Shown: positions 1-9,796, counted from the whole stretch's first letter. The stretch: 63,507 nt of DNA, filler included, from Candidatus Woesearchaeota archaeon (GCA_018221205.1; 7 parts of 7 records of this genome joined end to end with filler, not necessarily neighbours in it), one strand, 5' to 3'. Made by a program: numbers and translations. Notes: generated by a model from the letters alone, not told the origin.

Positions 1-49
1 ACGAGAGCTAACGCTAGTTTGATCTAGACAAATTATGGCGCAGTTTCGT

Positions 50-144
50 CCGCCGTACTATACGGCGGCGTAGCCGCGTAAAAATATTTCTAAGAAGTCG
101 ACCTAAAGGTCGGGGAATTAAACCCCTGTGCTCGCTACGCTCGC
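50..144. repeat. Cluster of short hairpins upstream of first ORF
   Basis: CCGCCGTA-cta-TACGGCGG (50-68), CGACC-taaa-GGTCG (99-112), GGGGaattaaaCCCC (112-126), GCTCGCTACGCTCGC (130-144). Confidence 0.55.
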
Positions 145-947
145 ATGAAAAAATTGGTGGTTTTTAGCCTAGTTTTCTTGGTAATAGTTAGTTTTGTAAC
201 TGCAAATACAATGACGGACTTTCTGGCAACTATACTGCCTGGAGGATGGAAAGAAGCACCTGATACCTTATTTTGGGATATTTGTTATTGGAAGGATACT
301 GACTATTATGGGGCTTGCAGAGAAATAAGGGATTATAGCGGACCTGCGTGGGATGCGACAAGAAATCAGTTCCTTGCCCGCGGAGGCGGACATGGGACAG
401 AATGGCCAGATGCCTCAATGTATTCTTTTGATGTTGATGAACTGCAGTGGGCTATCGTCGATCCAGCTACTGATCCGTTTATTGTTGGAGATGCAGTCTA
501 TCAAGCAAATGGTCAGCCTTCTTCTTACCATACGTATGGAACTACTGTTCATGTTTCTATTCCAGAACACAATATAGATCATTACTACGCATTTGGTATG
601 CCGTATATCTACAATCCTGGTTCTGGTCTTAGTGCACCCCATACGAACGTGTTTGATATGAACGCCAAAACATGGGAGCAAAAAACAGATAATATGGGAG
701 GCGCATCTGGGATGGCTGAGGGCTTCCTGATGGGGAGTATAGGGCTTGGATTGATGGGATGCCTGCATGGGAGAAACTAGATATGAGATGGAGAGATATA
801 TCTTTCTTGAAAATTGAACAGTTATGGTTTAATATCTATCATGGAGGAGTCAGTCCTGCATCTGAGGATTATGGCCTCTTCGTAGATAATATTGTCCTTT
901 CGAAAAGTTACGTCGGCTGCAATGATTTCCCCAATTACAATCCTTAA
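145..947 (+). pseudogene. Secreted modular protein, apparently internally deleted/frameshifted (Kelch-like N-part, polysaccharide-lyase-like C-part)
   Basis: Signal peptide; YSGPAWDATRNQFLARGGGHG and PSSYHTY resemble motifs of the 61510-63374 protein; a second frame from ~720 reads PDGEYRAWIDG...LKIEQLWFNIYHGG...VDNIVLSKSYVG. Confidence 0.55.
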
Positions 948-983
948 ATCAGAGAAATATTCAGTAATTTGTCGAGATCTAGA

Positions 984-1280
984 TTACTTATTTCCAAAAT
1001 AGAACATCTTCTCAATAGAGACTTCTTCAGGAGTCAGGTTACCGGTCCGTTGGTTCATCTCCTTGGGCTTTTCTTGAGGTACTGCCGGAGATTCTACTGC
1101 TAACTTAGTCTGCGGACCCGCTCCTAGATTAAGTCGTTGAACTTTATTCTTGAGGATATCGATCTCCTGATTCAGACCTTGCATCTGCAATAATGCTTCC
1201 TGTATATCTTTCTTCAAGCTTCCAACTTTCATATCTACTAAAGCTTCAATCTTTTTGTCCAGCAGATAATCTGTTTCCAT
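984..1280 (-). CDS. Coiled-coil hypothetical protein downstream of ftsZ
   Basis: Likely start METDY at 1280, directly after the stop of the upstream gene; C-terminal RTGNLTPEEVSIEKMFYFG. Confidence 0.7.
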   Translation of the reverse strand: METDYLLDKKIEALVDMKVGSLKKDIQEALLQMQGLNQEIDILKNKVQRLNLGAGPQTKLAVESPAVPQEKPKEMNQRTGNLTPEEVSIEKMFYFGNK

Positions 1281-1281
1281 G

Positions 1282-1995
1282 TTAGTTCTTGTCGATGAAC
1301 GAAACCATCGCCTCATTGCCTAATTCCTGGAAGATGTCTTTTGCAAGGCTCGTCTGGCCGTTCTTCAAACAAACCTCAGCTAAGAGATTAAGTCTTGCAT
1401 TATCATTAAGCCTTTGAAAAATATGGGCAGCAGCCCTATATTCCTGCAGATTGATGCATTCCTCAGCTAGTGCCAGCAGTTCCACCTTATCATCAAGGGA
1501 GGAAAAAATCGTGAATGCTTGTTCGATTTTCCCTCTCTCAATGCAGGTGCGTCCCAACAACACTAATCCCTCTTTATGGTTTGAAGCCTGAAATGCCGCT
1601 GTGGCATCATTGAAGCGTGCATCTTGCACGCATTTGTTGCCGATACGAAGTAATTTCTCTGTATCTCCAGCCAATTTGTATGCTTCGATAGCATTGCCAA
1701 ATTGAGACAGACGAAGATATTCATCTCCTATCTGAGAAAGACTATCGCGATCCATCACCAGGACAGCTGCTTTCTGAGCTTCTTCCAAGCGGCCTCTGCG
1801 TAGATATTCTTCTCCTAATGCCCTCAAGAGAGTATCCCTCATCTCTGGAGGAAAAGGAGAGAAATCAATATTGTCGAATCCTTTACTGATCAAAGAAGGA
1901 AGAAATTTCTTGAAGCTATCTTCATTCTTATTTGAAACGGTTTGCTCAACTCCCTGGACAAGAGAGCTGACCACTCCTGTCAGGACAGGATCCAT
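1282..1995 (-). CDS. TPR-like alpha-solenoid repeat protein
   Basis: Repeated LxxxGxxC/Y...AxxxF helical units; abuts ftsZ stop. Confidence 0.75.
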   Translation of the reverse strand: MDPVLTGVVSSLVQGVEQTVSNKNEDSFKKFLPSLISKGFDNIDFSPFPPEMRDTLLRALGEEYLRRGRLEEAQKAAVLVMDRDSLSQIGDEYLRLSQFGNAIEAYKLAGDTEKLLRIGNKCVQDARFNDATAAFQASNHKEGLVLLGRTCIERGKIEQAFTIFSSLDDKVELLALAEECINLQEYRAAAHIFQRLNDNARLNLLAEVCLKNGQTSLAKDIFQELGNEAMVSFIDKN

Positions 1996-3060
1996 CTAGA
2001 CCATCCGAATGCCTAGTTCACTTCCTAATGCGTCCTGAACCTGTACGGCCTCTTGGTTCGTTGGCTTTCCCAATATCCAAGGACTTTTAACTCCTGTCAT
2101 GATGGTCATGACTGTTAATCGTCCAGCCATGTCATCTCTTACACGGGCTCCCCAGATGACGTTTGCATCTGCATCGAGGTTTTCCGTAACTAATTCACCG
2201 ATCCTGTTGACCTCATCTAAAGTCATATCAGGGCCGCCTTCAATCTGTATCAAGCTTCCTGTTGCTCCTTTGTAAGATATCTCCAATAAGGGGTTAGCCA
2301 ATGCGCCACGGACTGCTTCATCCACCCTATTCTTTGTGTCTGAGCTGCCGACGCCGATAGCTGCAACTCCGCCATTGGTCATGATCGCTTTTACGTCTGC
2401 AAAGTCTAGATTAACCAGGCTTGGAACTGCGATCGTCTCAACAATGCCTTTGATCATGGTAGAGATCAATTCGTTTGCGACTGCAAATGCTTGCTGCACT
2501 GGCAAGTTTCCTGCGATGCTCACTAATCTGTTATTATCGATGACAATAACAGTATCTGCTACTTCTCGTAGCTGTTGCAGACCGAATTCAGCCTTGTCGA
2601 TTCGTGCTCGTTCAATGTTAAAAGGCATGGTGACCGTACCGATGACAATAGCACCATTTTCTCTTGCCACTTTCGCGACCACAGGTGCTGAACCAGTTCC
2701 AGTTCCGCCTCCCATTCCTGCACAGACAAAGACCATCTCTGCTTTGCTCAATGATTCTTTGATAGCAGGTAAGCTTTCTTTGGCAGCTTCTGCTCCTTTC
2801 TTAGGGAATCCTCCGCACCCTAATCCTCGAGTGATCTCTGCTCCAATCAAGAATTTCTTATCAGCTTCAGTCATATTCAGATGTTGTTGGTCTGTATTGG
2901 TAGCGACAATCTCAGCTCCACGAATGCCTTTCTTATAGAGCCAATCGACCATATTCGATCCTGCTCCGCCGCAGCCGATAACTTTGATGTTCGCCTGTCC
3001 AATGGGGGCATCCTGTGTGTTGGTAGTTTGTTTCAAAGCGGTTTCTACGATAAAATCCAT
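1996..3060 (-). CDS. ftsZ: Cell division protein FtsZ
   Basis: IKVIGCGGAG, GMGGGTGTG tubulin signature, NLDFADV. Confidence 0.98.
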   Translation of the reverse strand: MDFIVETALKQTTNTQDAPIGQANIKVIGCGGAGSNMVDWLYKKGIRGAEIVATNTDQQHLNMTEADKKFLIGAEITRGLGCGGFPKKGAEAAKESLPAIKESLSKAEMVFVCAGMGGGTGTGSAPVVAKVARENGAIVIGTVTMPFNIERARIDKAEFGLQQLREVADTVIVIDNNRLVSIAGNLPVQQAFAVANELISTMIKGIVETIAVPSLVNLDFADVKAIMTNGGVAAIGVGSSDTKNRVDEAVRGALANPLLEISYKGATGSLIQIEGGPDMTLDEVNRIGELVTENLDADANVIWGARVRDDMAGRLTVMTIMTGVKSPWILGKPTNQEAVQVQDALGSELGIRMV

Positions 3061-3250
3061 TGTATATGCACCTCTAGTGTTTGTACTTTTATCTCTCTGC
3101 GCTTACTCTCTTCTGTATAAAATCTTAATTAGCATATATATAAATGTTACGTTTTTGTATACTAGTTTAGAAATCTAGGTTTTTGTATAATAAAGAAAAA
3201 GCGTAGAAAGTGCTAAGATTAGAGAATTCTACAGAATAAAGCCCTATACC

Positions 3251-3388
3251 TTATTTCAGGAAATAAGAGACTCCCAAAACCAAAAAGGCAATCCCGCTGA
3301 GCAATGGTGGCTGTTGGCCATAGAAGCTGAAGATCATATACAGCCCGATGACAGCAACGATTGCATAGAGAATTTTTTTTATGTCCAT
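3251..3388 (-). CDS. Small membrane protein (45 aa, not in ORF track)
   Basis: Hand translation MDIKKILYAIVAVIGLYMIFSFYGQQPPLLSGIAFLVLGVSYFLK*; two hydrophobic helices. Confidence 0.6.
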   Translation of the reverse strand: MDIKKILYAIVAVIGLYMIFSFYGQQPPLLSGIAFLVLGVSYFLK

Positions 3389-3496
3389 ATGCATAAAATA
3401 AAGGAGATACTATTTAATTTTTTTGAAATTATAAAAACAATACTATCATTTTTCGTAGTCCAAAAATTTATAAACTATTGTTGCAAAAAAAGATGT

Positions 3497-3718
3497 ATGA
3501 TACCTCATGGCCCTATTGGCTTCTGGACAGCATTCATAGCAGGCATCTTCATTCTCTTGCATATCCCTTCTTGCAACAAACATTGGGCGCATCGATTAAA
3601 GCCCCTTTCTACACTTCTCGAAAGAGTCCATAATCAAACCCTGATCTTAGCGACGATATTCGCGCTCGTACACGTCGTTCTGAGTCTGCTTGGCCTTTTC
3701 CTGGATATCTGGATTTGA
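3497..3718 (+). CDS. Small membrane protein
   Basis: Start MIPHG ~25 nt after a TTTATAAA box; two hydrophobic segments with His residues. Confidence 0.6.
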   Translation: MIPHGPIGFWTAFIAGIFILLHIPSCNKHWAHRLKPLSTLLERVHNQTLILATIFALVHVVLSLLGLFLDIWI

Positions 3719-3760
3719 GCAAATTTTATATACTATCTTGCCCAAAAGTGCTTTAATGAG

Positions 3761-3961
3761 GTGTATATGATGGCAAAAAAAGATAACCCATTTGTAGCGA
3801 TTCCAGCAGCATTAGGAGGAATTATTTTCGTGACAGTTGTTGTCTTCATCGTCTTTGCAGTTGACTCATTAATGATAGCCGTACCTATTGTATGGGCATT
3901 AGTGGCTCTTGGTGCAGTCGCGTTATTCTTTGCGTATTTCGCAGATAGGAAGAAGGAATGA
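3761..3961 (+). CDS. Small membrane protein
   Basis: Two TM helices; GAGGTG SD-like motif. Confidence 0.65.
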   Translation: MYMMAKKDNPFVAIPAALGGIIFVTVVVFIVFAVDSLMIAVPIVWALVALGAVALFFAYFADRKKE

Positions 3962-4125
3962 AAAAGGATAAGTTTCCGACTTTTGCGGTGATCATCCTGG
4001 TGATAGCAGTCATCTGGCTGCTCACAGACCTGGGAGTGATAGCGATCAACGTACCCTGGATACCGCTGATACTGATCATCATCGCAGTAGGATGGATCGC
4101 CGATAGTTTCAAGAAAGCAAAGTGA
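3958..4125 (+). CDS. Small membrane protein (55 aa, not in ORF track)
   Basis: ATGA overlap with previous gene; MKKDKFPTFAVIILVIAVIWLLTDLG...PWIPLILIIIAVGWI. Confidence 0.65.
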   Translation: MKKDKFPTFAVIILVIAVIWLLTDLGVIAINVPWIPLILIIIAVGWIADSFKKAK

Positions 4126-5020
4126 GGATCAACGCCTTCTGGGTATGCAGCCTGTTCTCGGCCTCATTGAAGACTACGCTTTGAGGGCCGTCAATGACCT
4201 CTTTAGTCTGCTCCATTCCCCTCATCGCAGGCAGACAGTTCATGAAAATCGCATCTTTCTTGGCATGCTTCATCAGGTCTTTATTCACCTGATAAGGCGT
4301 AAACACTTTAATACGTTCTTCCTTCTTATCGGCTGCAATATGATAGCTCATCCAAGAATCAGTATAGACAATATCAGCATCTTTGATAGCTTCTATTGGA
4401 TCATTGGTAACAACAATATCCGAAGAAGCAAGTTCCTCTGCTTTGTTGACAACGCTTTCCATAGGTGCATGTCCTTCCGGAGAGCCGATTGAAATATCCA
4501 TCCCTACTAATGCACAACCATAAAGCAAAGAATGGGTGACGTTATTATGGCCATCTCCCAAATAAGCAAGTTTCAATCCTTTCAAAGTTCCTTTCTTTTC
4601 TCTTATAGTCTGTAGATCAGCCAAAACCTGGCAAGGATGGCTGAAATCAGTCAGTGCATTGATGACCGGAATAGTAGCATGCTCTGCCATCTCAGTCAAA
4701 TGCTCATGTTTGAACAGTCGGGCCATTATGATATTTACATACCGGGAAGCTGTCTTGACCGTGTCTGAGATCGATTCCTTTTTTCCCATCGGACTAGTAG
4801 CGATATCATAGTAGATCGCATGTCCTCCTAACTGTGTCATCCCCACCTCAAAACTCACCCTGGTCCGCAATGAAGGCTTCTCAAAGATCATCAACAAGGT
4901 CTTGCCCAATAATGCATTCGTATACTTATCAGGATTTTTCTTCATCTCATCTGCCAAATCCAGAATCTTAAGAATGTCCTCTTTGCTCAAATCTGTTAAG
5001 TCTCGTAGATATTCTTTCAT
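4109..5020 (-). CDS. argF: Ornithine carbamoyltransferase
   Basis: FEKPSLRTR, HPCQ, YTDSWMS, CLP, EAENRLH motifs. Confidence 0.93.
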   Translation of the reverse strand: MKEYLRDLTDLSKEDILKILDLADEMKKNPDKYTNALLGKTLLMIFEKPSLRTRVSFEVGMTQLGGHAIYYDIATSPMGKKESISDTVKTASRYVNIIMARLFKHEHLTEMAEHATIPVINALTDFSHPCQVLADLQTIREKKGTLKGLKLAYLGDGHNNVTHSLLYGCALVGMDISIGSPEGHAPMESVVNKAEELASSDIVVTNDPIEAIKDADIVYTDSWMSYHIAADKKEERIKVFTPYQVNKDLMKHAKKDAIFMNCLPAMRGMEQTKEVIDGPQSVVFNEAENRLHTQKALILTLLS

Positions 5021-5337
5021 GAACACTCACCTGGGACATAAGAATCAATCTGGCCAGATGCGCAGGCCTGGCAGCCATTGCCATAAGTCCTTCCATTATC
5101 ACCACAGACAGGAGTATAATCTAACGTGCATATCTCAGCAGCCTTCTCTTCAGCAGTGCAGATATGGGAATCGGATTCAGCAATGATCTCAGTAAAGGTC
5201 TGATCTCCATGCCTGCATTGCCGTGGATAACTTTCCATGGCAGGATTGCCGGCAGCAAGACATTCCTCAAAATTAGTCACTGATGTTGTTTGACATCCGA
5301 TAAGAAACAACGCAAAAATAAGAATCTGTTTTTTCAT
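5017..5337 (-). CDS. Lipoprotein with Kazal-type domain
   Basis: Lipobox LIGC; CTLDYTPVCGDNGRTYGNGCQAC Kazal pattern. Confidence 0.8.
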   Translation of the reverse strand: MKKQILIFALFLIGCQTTSVTNFEECLAAGNPAMESYPRQCRHGDQTFTEIIAESDSHICTAEEKAAEICTLDYTPVCGDNGRTYGNGCQACASGQIDSYVPGECS

Positions 5338-5345
5338 TTTTCCTC

Positions 5346-6476
5346 CTATGTGCAGATCAGATCCAGTTTATGTTGATCAATCGCTTTCTTGATCTCATAT
5401 GCGATGCGCTCACCATAACTCATAGAATCCCCCCAGAGATAGCCAGAATAAGGGGTGAACATTGTCCCCGGACTTCCTGGGATCCTGAAAGAGACATCAA
5501 AGATGACTGCTTCCTCTTTTCCTTTCTCAGCTGAGATGGCCCCTTGCAGAGCAAAAGGACCGATTATTCCTGGAGCATGCTCTTTTTTGCACGTCTCGAC
5601 AAATTTCTCACCCATAGCGAAGATTTTCTCGAGAATGCTCTCTTTCGTGGTAACGGCAATATGTCCTGTCTCGATGATCTTCGGCTCGACATGCTTCAAT
5701 ACCTCTAATTGCTGGTCAGCAGGTAATCGTAACAATCCATCAAGGTTTGTCTGCCTTCTGGTATCAGTCCCCATCAGCTCCAACTCTCCTGTCAATGGAG
5801 AATAGAAGTAGTTGAAATTGACCTGGGCCCCTAAAATAAATTCCTCGATGACTGCTTTCTTCAAAGCACTCTTCGTGATCGTGCCCTTCTCTATCATCCC
5901 TTTGGATTTTTTCTCATAGCTCTCATAGCTGGAGGCAAAGAAGAATGCCCGTTCATAGCCCCTTTCAGCTTCAGCGACCTTGACGAGAACTAATCGATCG
6001 ATCTTTTTGGGATCAGGATACATTTTAGGCAGTCGTATGCCTGCTTTCTCCAGAAGATAATACTGGTTCTTCGGAACATCTCTCTCTTCCAGTTTCAGCA
6101 TGGTCCTTGTGCCATAGATAGGGATTTTGAATTTCTTCTCGATATCATGGAAATTACAGTACACCCAAAAATACCGATTATGGATGAAGATGGTGTTCAT
6201 CTCTCTGAGCTGCTTCTGCACCTCAGGCTTGACAATATCCTTGAAGCTGTCGACAAGGATAACCTTATCAATCACTCCTTTATCGACATCTCTGGTCTTA
6301 TAATATTTTGAGTAGGTCTTATCTCTTCCTTTCTGGCAGACAGCGACAGTCCGGAAGCCGTATTTCTTCGCTCCACGGCAGACATCAAGGGCAGAATGCC
6401 CACCAAGAACTCCGATAGTGATGTCTTGGAGATTATACTCTTCCAATATCTTTGCTATTTCTTTTTGGTTGATCAT
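5346..6476 (-). CDS. purP: PurP-family ATP-grasp ligase (paralog)
   Basis: GGHSALD, ATP-grasp fold, GPFALQ, DVSFRIPGSPG; start at MINQ overlapping the upstream stop. Confidence 0.85.
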   Translation of the reverse strand: MINQKEIAKILEEYNLQDITIGVLGGHSALDVCRGAKKYGFRTVAVCQKGRDKTYSKYYKTRDVDKGVIDKVILVDSFKDIVKPEVQKQLREMNTIFIHNRYFWVYCNFHDIEKKFKIPIYGTRTMLKLEERDVPKNQYYLLEKAGIRLPKMYPDPKKIDRLVLVKVAEAERGYERAFFFASSYESYEKKSKGMIEKGTITKSALKKAVIEEFILGAQVNFNYFYSPLTGELELMGTDTRRQTNLDGLLRLPADQQLEVLKHVEPKIIETGHIAVTTKESILEKIFAMGEKFVETCKKEHAPGIIGPFALQGAISAEKGKEEAVIFDVSFRIPGSPGTMFTPYSGYLWGDSMSYGERIAYEIKKAIDQHKLDLICT

Positions 6477-7159
6477 TTGAACAATCCTGTAAACCAATCC
6501 CAGACCTTTATGAACAATCCTTTTTCTTCGACAACAATCATAGGTTCATCAAATTCCTCAGCCTTCACTTCTTTTCTGGGCTCTTTCTTCGGGACATCGA
6601 CAGGTGGCAGTGGTGGTGTTTTCTCATAGAGAGTAGGTTCAGGCTTTTCTTCCTCTTTCTCTCGTTCAACGACTGTATCTCCTTCGATATCAATCTCAAC
6701 ATCACTCCCGGAAAGGCTGAACGTAGCCAGCTTCTCAACAGCTTTCCTCGTGCCTTGGTCAGTGTGTCCGGCTGCGATGATATAGGTTATGCCATCTTCC
6801 GCGATATACTTGACATATGCCTTACCTGCAGGAAAATCTGCATCACAAGGAGAAGGATCCCCCAGAAGTTCTGCAGTCAGATCATTGACACAGGGATTTC
6901 CGATAAGGATAAGATTTGTGCTCAGATCAACATCACTGTCAAGCTGATAGACATTCAGTAAAGGTGCTCCTAACTCTGCTGCAATCTTCAATCCAAGCAT
7001 ATTCTGGCTGATCACATCTGTAGAACTGCCTTGAGCGCCGACAACTATATATCCATTAAATCTGCTTCCCAGAAAAAGATTATCCGGAAAGTCTCCTAAA
7101 TCAGCAGCAACCATACTCATGGCAATCAGAAAACAACCTAACCAAAACATTCTTTTCAT
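6473..7159 (-). CDS. S-layer-family surface protein (short)
   Basis: Signal peptide; DLGDFP, IVVGA...DVIS, NLILIGNPCVN, IAAGHTDQGTR. Confidence 0.7.
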   Translation of the reverse strand: MKRMFWLGCFLIAMSMVAADLGDFPDNLFLGSRFNGYIVVGAQGSSTDVISQNMLGLKIAAELGAPLLNVYQLDSDVDLSTNLILIGNPCVNDLTAELLGDPSPCDADFPAGKAYVKYIAEDGITYIIAAGHTDQGTRKAVEKLATFSLSGSDVEIDIEGDTVVEREKEEEKPEPTLYEKTPPLPPVDVPKKEPRKEVKAEEFDEPMIVVEEKGLFIKVWDWFTGLFK

Positions 7160-7163
7160 CTCT

Positions 7164-8174
7164 TCACCCCAAAACTTTATTCAGTTTATCTTGTTTGATC
7201 GCTAATTTTATCTCCCGTGCGATCCTTCTGCCCGTCGACATCGGCTCCTTGTATCTCAATGCCGTATAAGGCGAGCCGTCAATATAAGGATTTGTGCCTG
7301 CGACAATACGTGCAGAGATCTCAAAAGTGATGATCTCTTGATTCGGAGTGATGATTGTTTCCAGGCAGAAAGGTCCGAATAATCCAGGCGGACAGATCTT
7401 CTGGCTCTCTTTGACGACATTCTCTCCCATCTTGAAGATCTCAGGCAATAATGATTCCCGGACAACAATCGGAATGTTGCCCACGATAACATAGCTTGGA
7501 TCAATCTTTGGCAGCGCAATCTGGTCTCTCGCTGAAATCCTGCCTAAGCTGTCTACATTGCTCTCATATCTTTTGTCAAATCCGAGCAATTCAATCTCTC
7601 CGGTGAGAGAAGAATAGAAATAATGGATATAGCAGGGGACACCCATGATATATTCCTGGATGACATAATCCTGCTCGCCTTTGTAGGCTTTCATCTTCTG
7701 CTTCCAGTCCTTGAGATCCTTCGCGACAAAATAACCTGCGCCGCCATGTGCACCATGGAATTTTGTGATGACTGGCCTGTCGATATCTTCTGGATTCTTA
7801 AAGATCATCGGCATCTTCAGACCAGCTGCTCCAAGCCACTTCCTCTCCATATTCCTGTCTGACTCCCAATCCAGGATTTTTTTATTGCCAAAATAAGGCA
7901 CCTTAAATCCTTCGACCTTTTCTGGTCCTAGATAAGCGATAAAACTAGCGTGAGGGATGATGATGGCCTTCTCTTTGATCAGCTGATCCTGTACATCAAA
8001 GAAGCCCTGATAATCATCCACTATGATGATCTTATCCGCGACCTTGAAGCTTTCGTACGGCTTTTCTCGTCCTTTCAGGCAGACGCAGATGGTCTCGAAA
8101 CCTTCATCTTTCGCTCCTTTCAATATTTGCAAAGCAGAATGAGAGCCTATTGTAGCGATTTTATATTGCGCCAT
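7164..8174 (-). CDS. purP: Formate-dependent AICAR formyl ligase PurP
   Basis: IATIGSHSALQILKGAKDEGF, RYESNVD, GPFCLE, FEISARIVAGTN. Confidence 0.93.
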   Translation of the reverse strand: MAQYKIATIGSHSALQILKGAKDEGFETICVCLKGREKPYESFKVADKIIIVDDYQGFFDVQDQLIKEKAIIIPHASFIAYLGPEKVEGFKVPYFGNKKILDWESDRNMERKWLGAAGLKMPMIFKNPEDIDRPVITKFHGAHGGAGYFVAKDLKDWKQKMKAYKGEQDYVIQEYIMGVPCYIHYFYSSLTGEIELLGFDKRYESNVDSLGRISARDQIALPKIDPSYVIVGNIPIVVRESLLPEIFKMGENVVKESQKICPPGLFGPFCLETIITPNQEIITFEISARIVAGTNPYIDGSPYTALRYKEPMSTGRRIAREIKLAIKQDKLNKVLG

Positions 8175-8205
8175 GCAAAAGGTAAAGAAAAGATATATTT
8201 AAAGG

Positions 8206-8784
8206 TTATCGTTTATTTGCCTTTCTACGATAGGCAGCTGACTTGCTCGGCCTCAATTTCTCAGCACCCTTTCCTTTATGCCGAAGGCCTCTGCTCTTTC
8301 TTCCAGCTGAAGTTTTCCCTCTGAAAACCCGGTTCTTCTCTAGGCTGATCCAGTTGATCTTATCATCAGCTAAGATATGGGGATTTGTTCTATCGACGAG
8401 AATGACCTCGAACCAGAAATGGTTGCCGTCTTCAGCGACAGGATAGCTGTTCAGCACTTCACAATTGACATATTTTCGGGCTGCCCGTTCTTCAGAGATC
8501 TGCTGATAGCTTTTGTCGAGTATCTTGACCAGGGAGCTTGTCTTCGGCCTTCTTCCGCCTTTGAGGCTTTTAGGATGCTGCCTTTTCCCTCTTTTAACTC
8601 TTTGTCTGACAACAATATAGCCTTGCTTTGCTTTGTAGCCGAGACTTCGGGCTCTATCGATTCGGGTAGGTCTATTGATCCTGATAGTAACAGGCTCTTG
8701 TCTCCAAGCAATTAAACGTTCTCGGTATAAAGAATTCTCTTTGGGCCTTTTCCATGCTGCCCTTACATATTTGTACATTCCCAT
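8206..8784 (-). CDS. rpl15e: 50S ribosomal protein L15e
   Basis: MGMYKY...[33 protein letters not shown]. Confidence 0.97.
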   Translation of the reverse strand: MGMYKYVRAAWKRPKENSLYRERLIAWRQEPVTIRINRPTRIDRARSLGYKAKQGYIVVRQRVKRGKRQHPKSLKGGRRPKTSSLVKILDKSYQQISEERAARKYVNCEVLNSYPVAEDGNHFWFEVILVDRTNPHILADDKINWISLEKNRVFRGKTSAGRKSRGLRHKGKGAEKLRPSKSAAYRRKANKR

Positions 8785-8901
8785 CTTGATTCCTCCATTG
8801 TTTTCGTTCTCAATCAATTCAGGCGAGTTAAGCCCACATCTTGATCATAGAAAGATGAAATTACTTATGGTTTATAAAGCTTGAGGTTAGAAAGAAAAAA
8901 A

Positions 8902-9468
8902 TTAAGAAGCGCTTTCTATAGCCTTGATCTTCTCTTTCAGGTGCTCGATGGTTCGAGCATTTTCCTGCTGCTGAAGCAGGCTGCCGCACTCAGGGCACTT
9001 GAAACAGAATTCAGTTGCCTTATCAAAATCAAGCCTTGCGCATGCTTTTGAGCAGATGAAGAACAGCCCTCTATTGGCCTCTTCCTTGTCAAGTCTCTCC
9101 CGAAGCTTCTCGACCTGGAACTTTCTTATGCTGACGAGCAGGTCCTTGATACGCTTCCGATTGAAGGTCCAGTAGCTGATATACCAGCCTTTCTGCCTAT
9201 CCTTCTTCCGGATATAGGTTGCGACATGATGATTATGCAGCTTATAGAGAGTATTCCTGATGGTCTGCATGTCAAGCTTAAGCTTATCTGCAATCACGAA
9301 CTCAGAAACATTCTTCTTCTCACCAAGATATTTGACTATCTTGATACCTATCTCGCCGGCGACCATGCCGACAGTATCATCAACTTTTTGCTGAGTGATT
9401 AAGCCTCCTACAGGCTTGCTTCTCGCTATTTTCTTCTTTAACGTCCTTTTTTGTTTTTTTTGTACCAT
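8902..9468 (-). CDS. tfe: Transcription factor E (TFIIE-alpha homolog)
   Basis: Winged helix with IRNTLYKL and GWYISYW; Zn ribbon C...FKCPECG. Confidence 0.9.
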   Translation of the reverse strand: MVQKKQKRTLKKKIARSKPVGGLITQQKVDDTVGMVAGEIGIKIVKYLGEKKNVSEFVIADKLKLDMQTIRNTLYKLHNHHVATYIRKKDRQKGWYISYWTFNRKRIKDLLVSIRKFQVEKLRERLDKEEANRGLFFICSKACARLDFDKATEFCFKCPECGSLLQQQENARTIEHLKEKIKAIESAS

Positions 9469-9696
9469 AGTATCGCTCCGAATACGCTATAAACACTGAA
9501 TAGCGACCCCCAAAGACAGCACAGCCTGTAGCTCATTGAAAATGAGTAAAGTGTGTACCGTCCCAACAACAATATCATTCTGAGAGTTCTACTATATAAA
9601 TCTTTGCCTTTCAGACAGTGGTTACTTATCATCAATAAGTTACTGGCTTAAGATTGAGTAAAATCTCAATTAATGTCAAGAATCGATTCCTTTTCA

Positions 9697-9796
9697 NNNN
9701 NNNNNNNNNNNNNNNNNNNNNNNNNNNNNNNNNNNNNNNNTTAATTAATTAANNNNNNNNNNNNNNNNNNNNNNNNNNNNNNNNNNNNNNNNNNNN
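9697..9796. other. Artificial contig linker
   Basis: N-run/TTAATTAATTAA/N-run, identical at six sites. Confidence 0.99.

Noticed and set aside
2336..2938. Long antisense ORFs (also 13205, 38720, 41028, 60353 and others)
   Set aside because: Shadows of well-supported genes on the opposite strand.
9697..9796. Recurring TTAATTAATTAA inside N-runs (six sites)
   Set aside because: Artificial all-frame-stop linker, not biological; ORF ends at 30829, 57880 and 61458 are artefacts.
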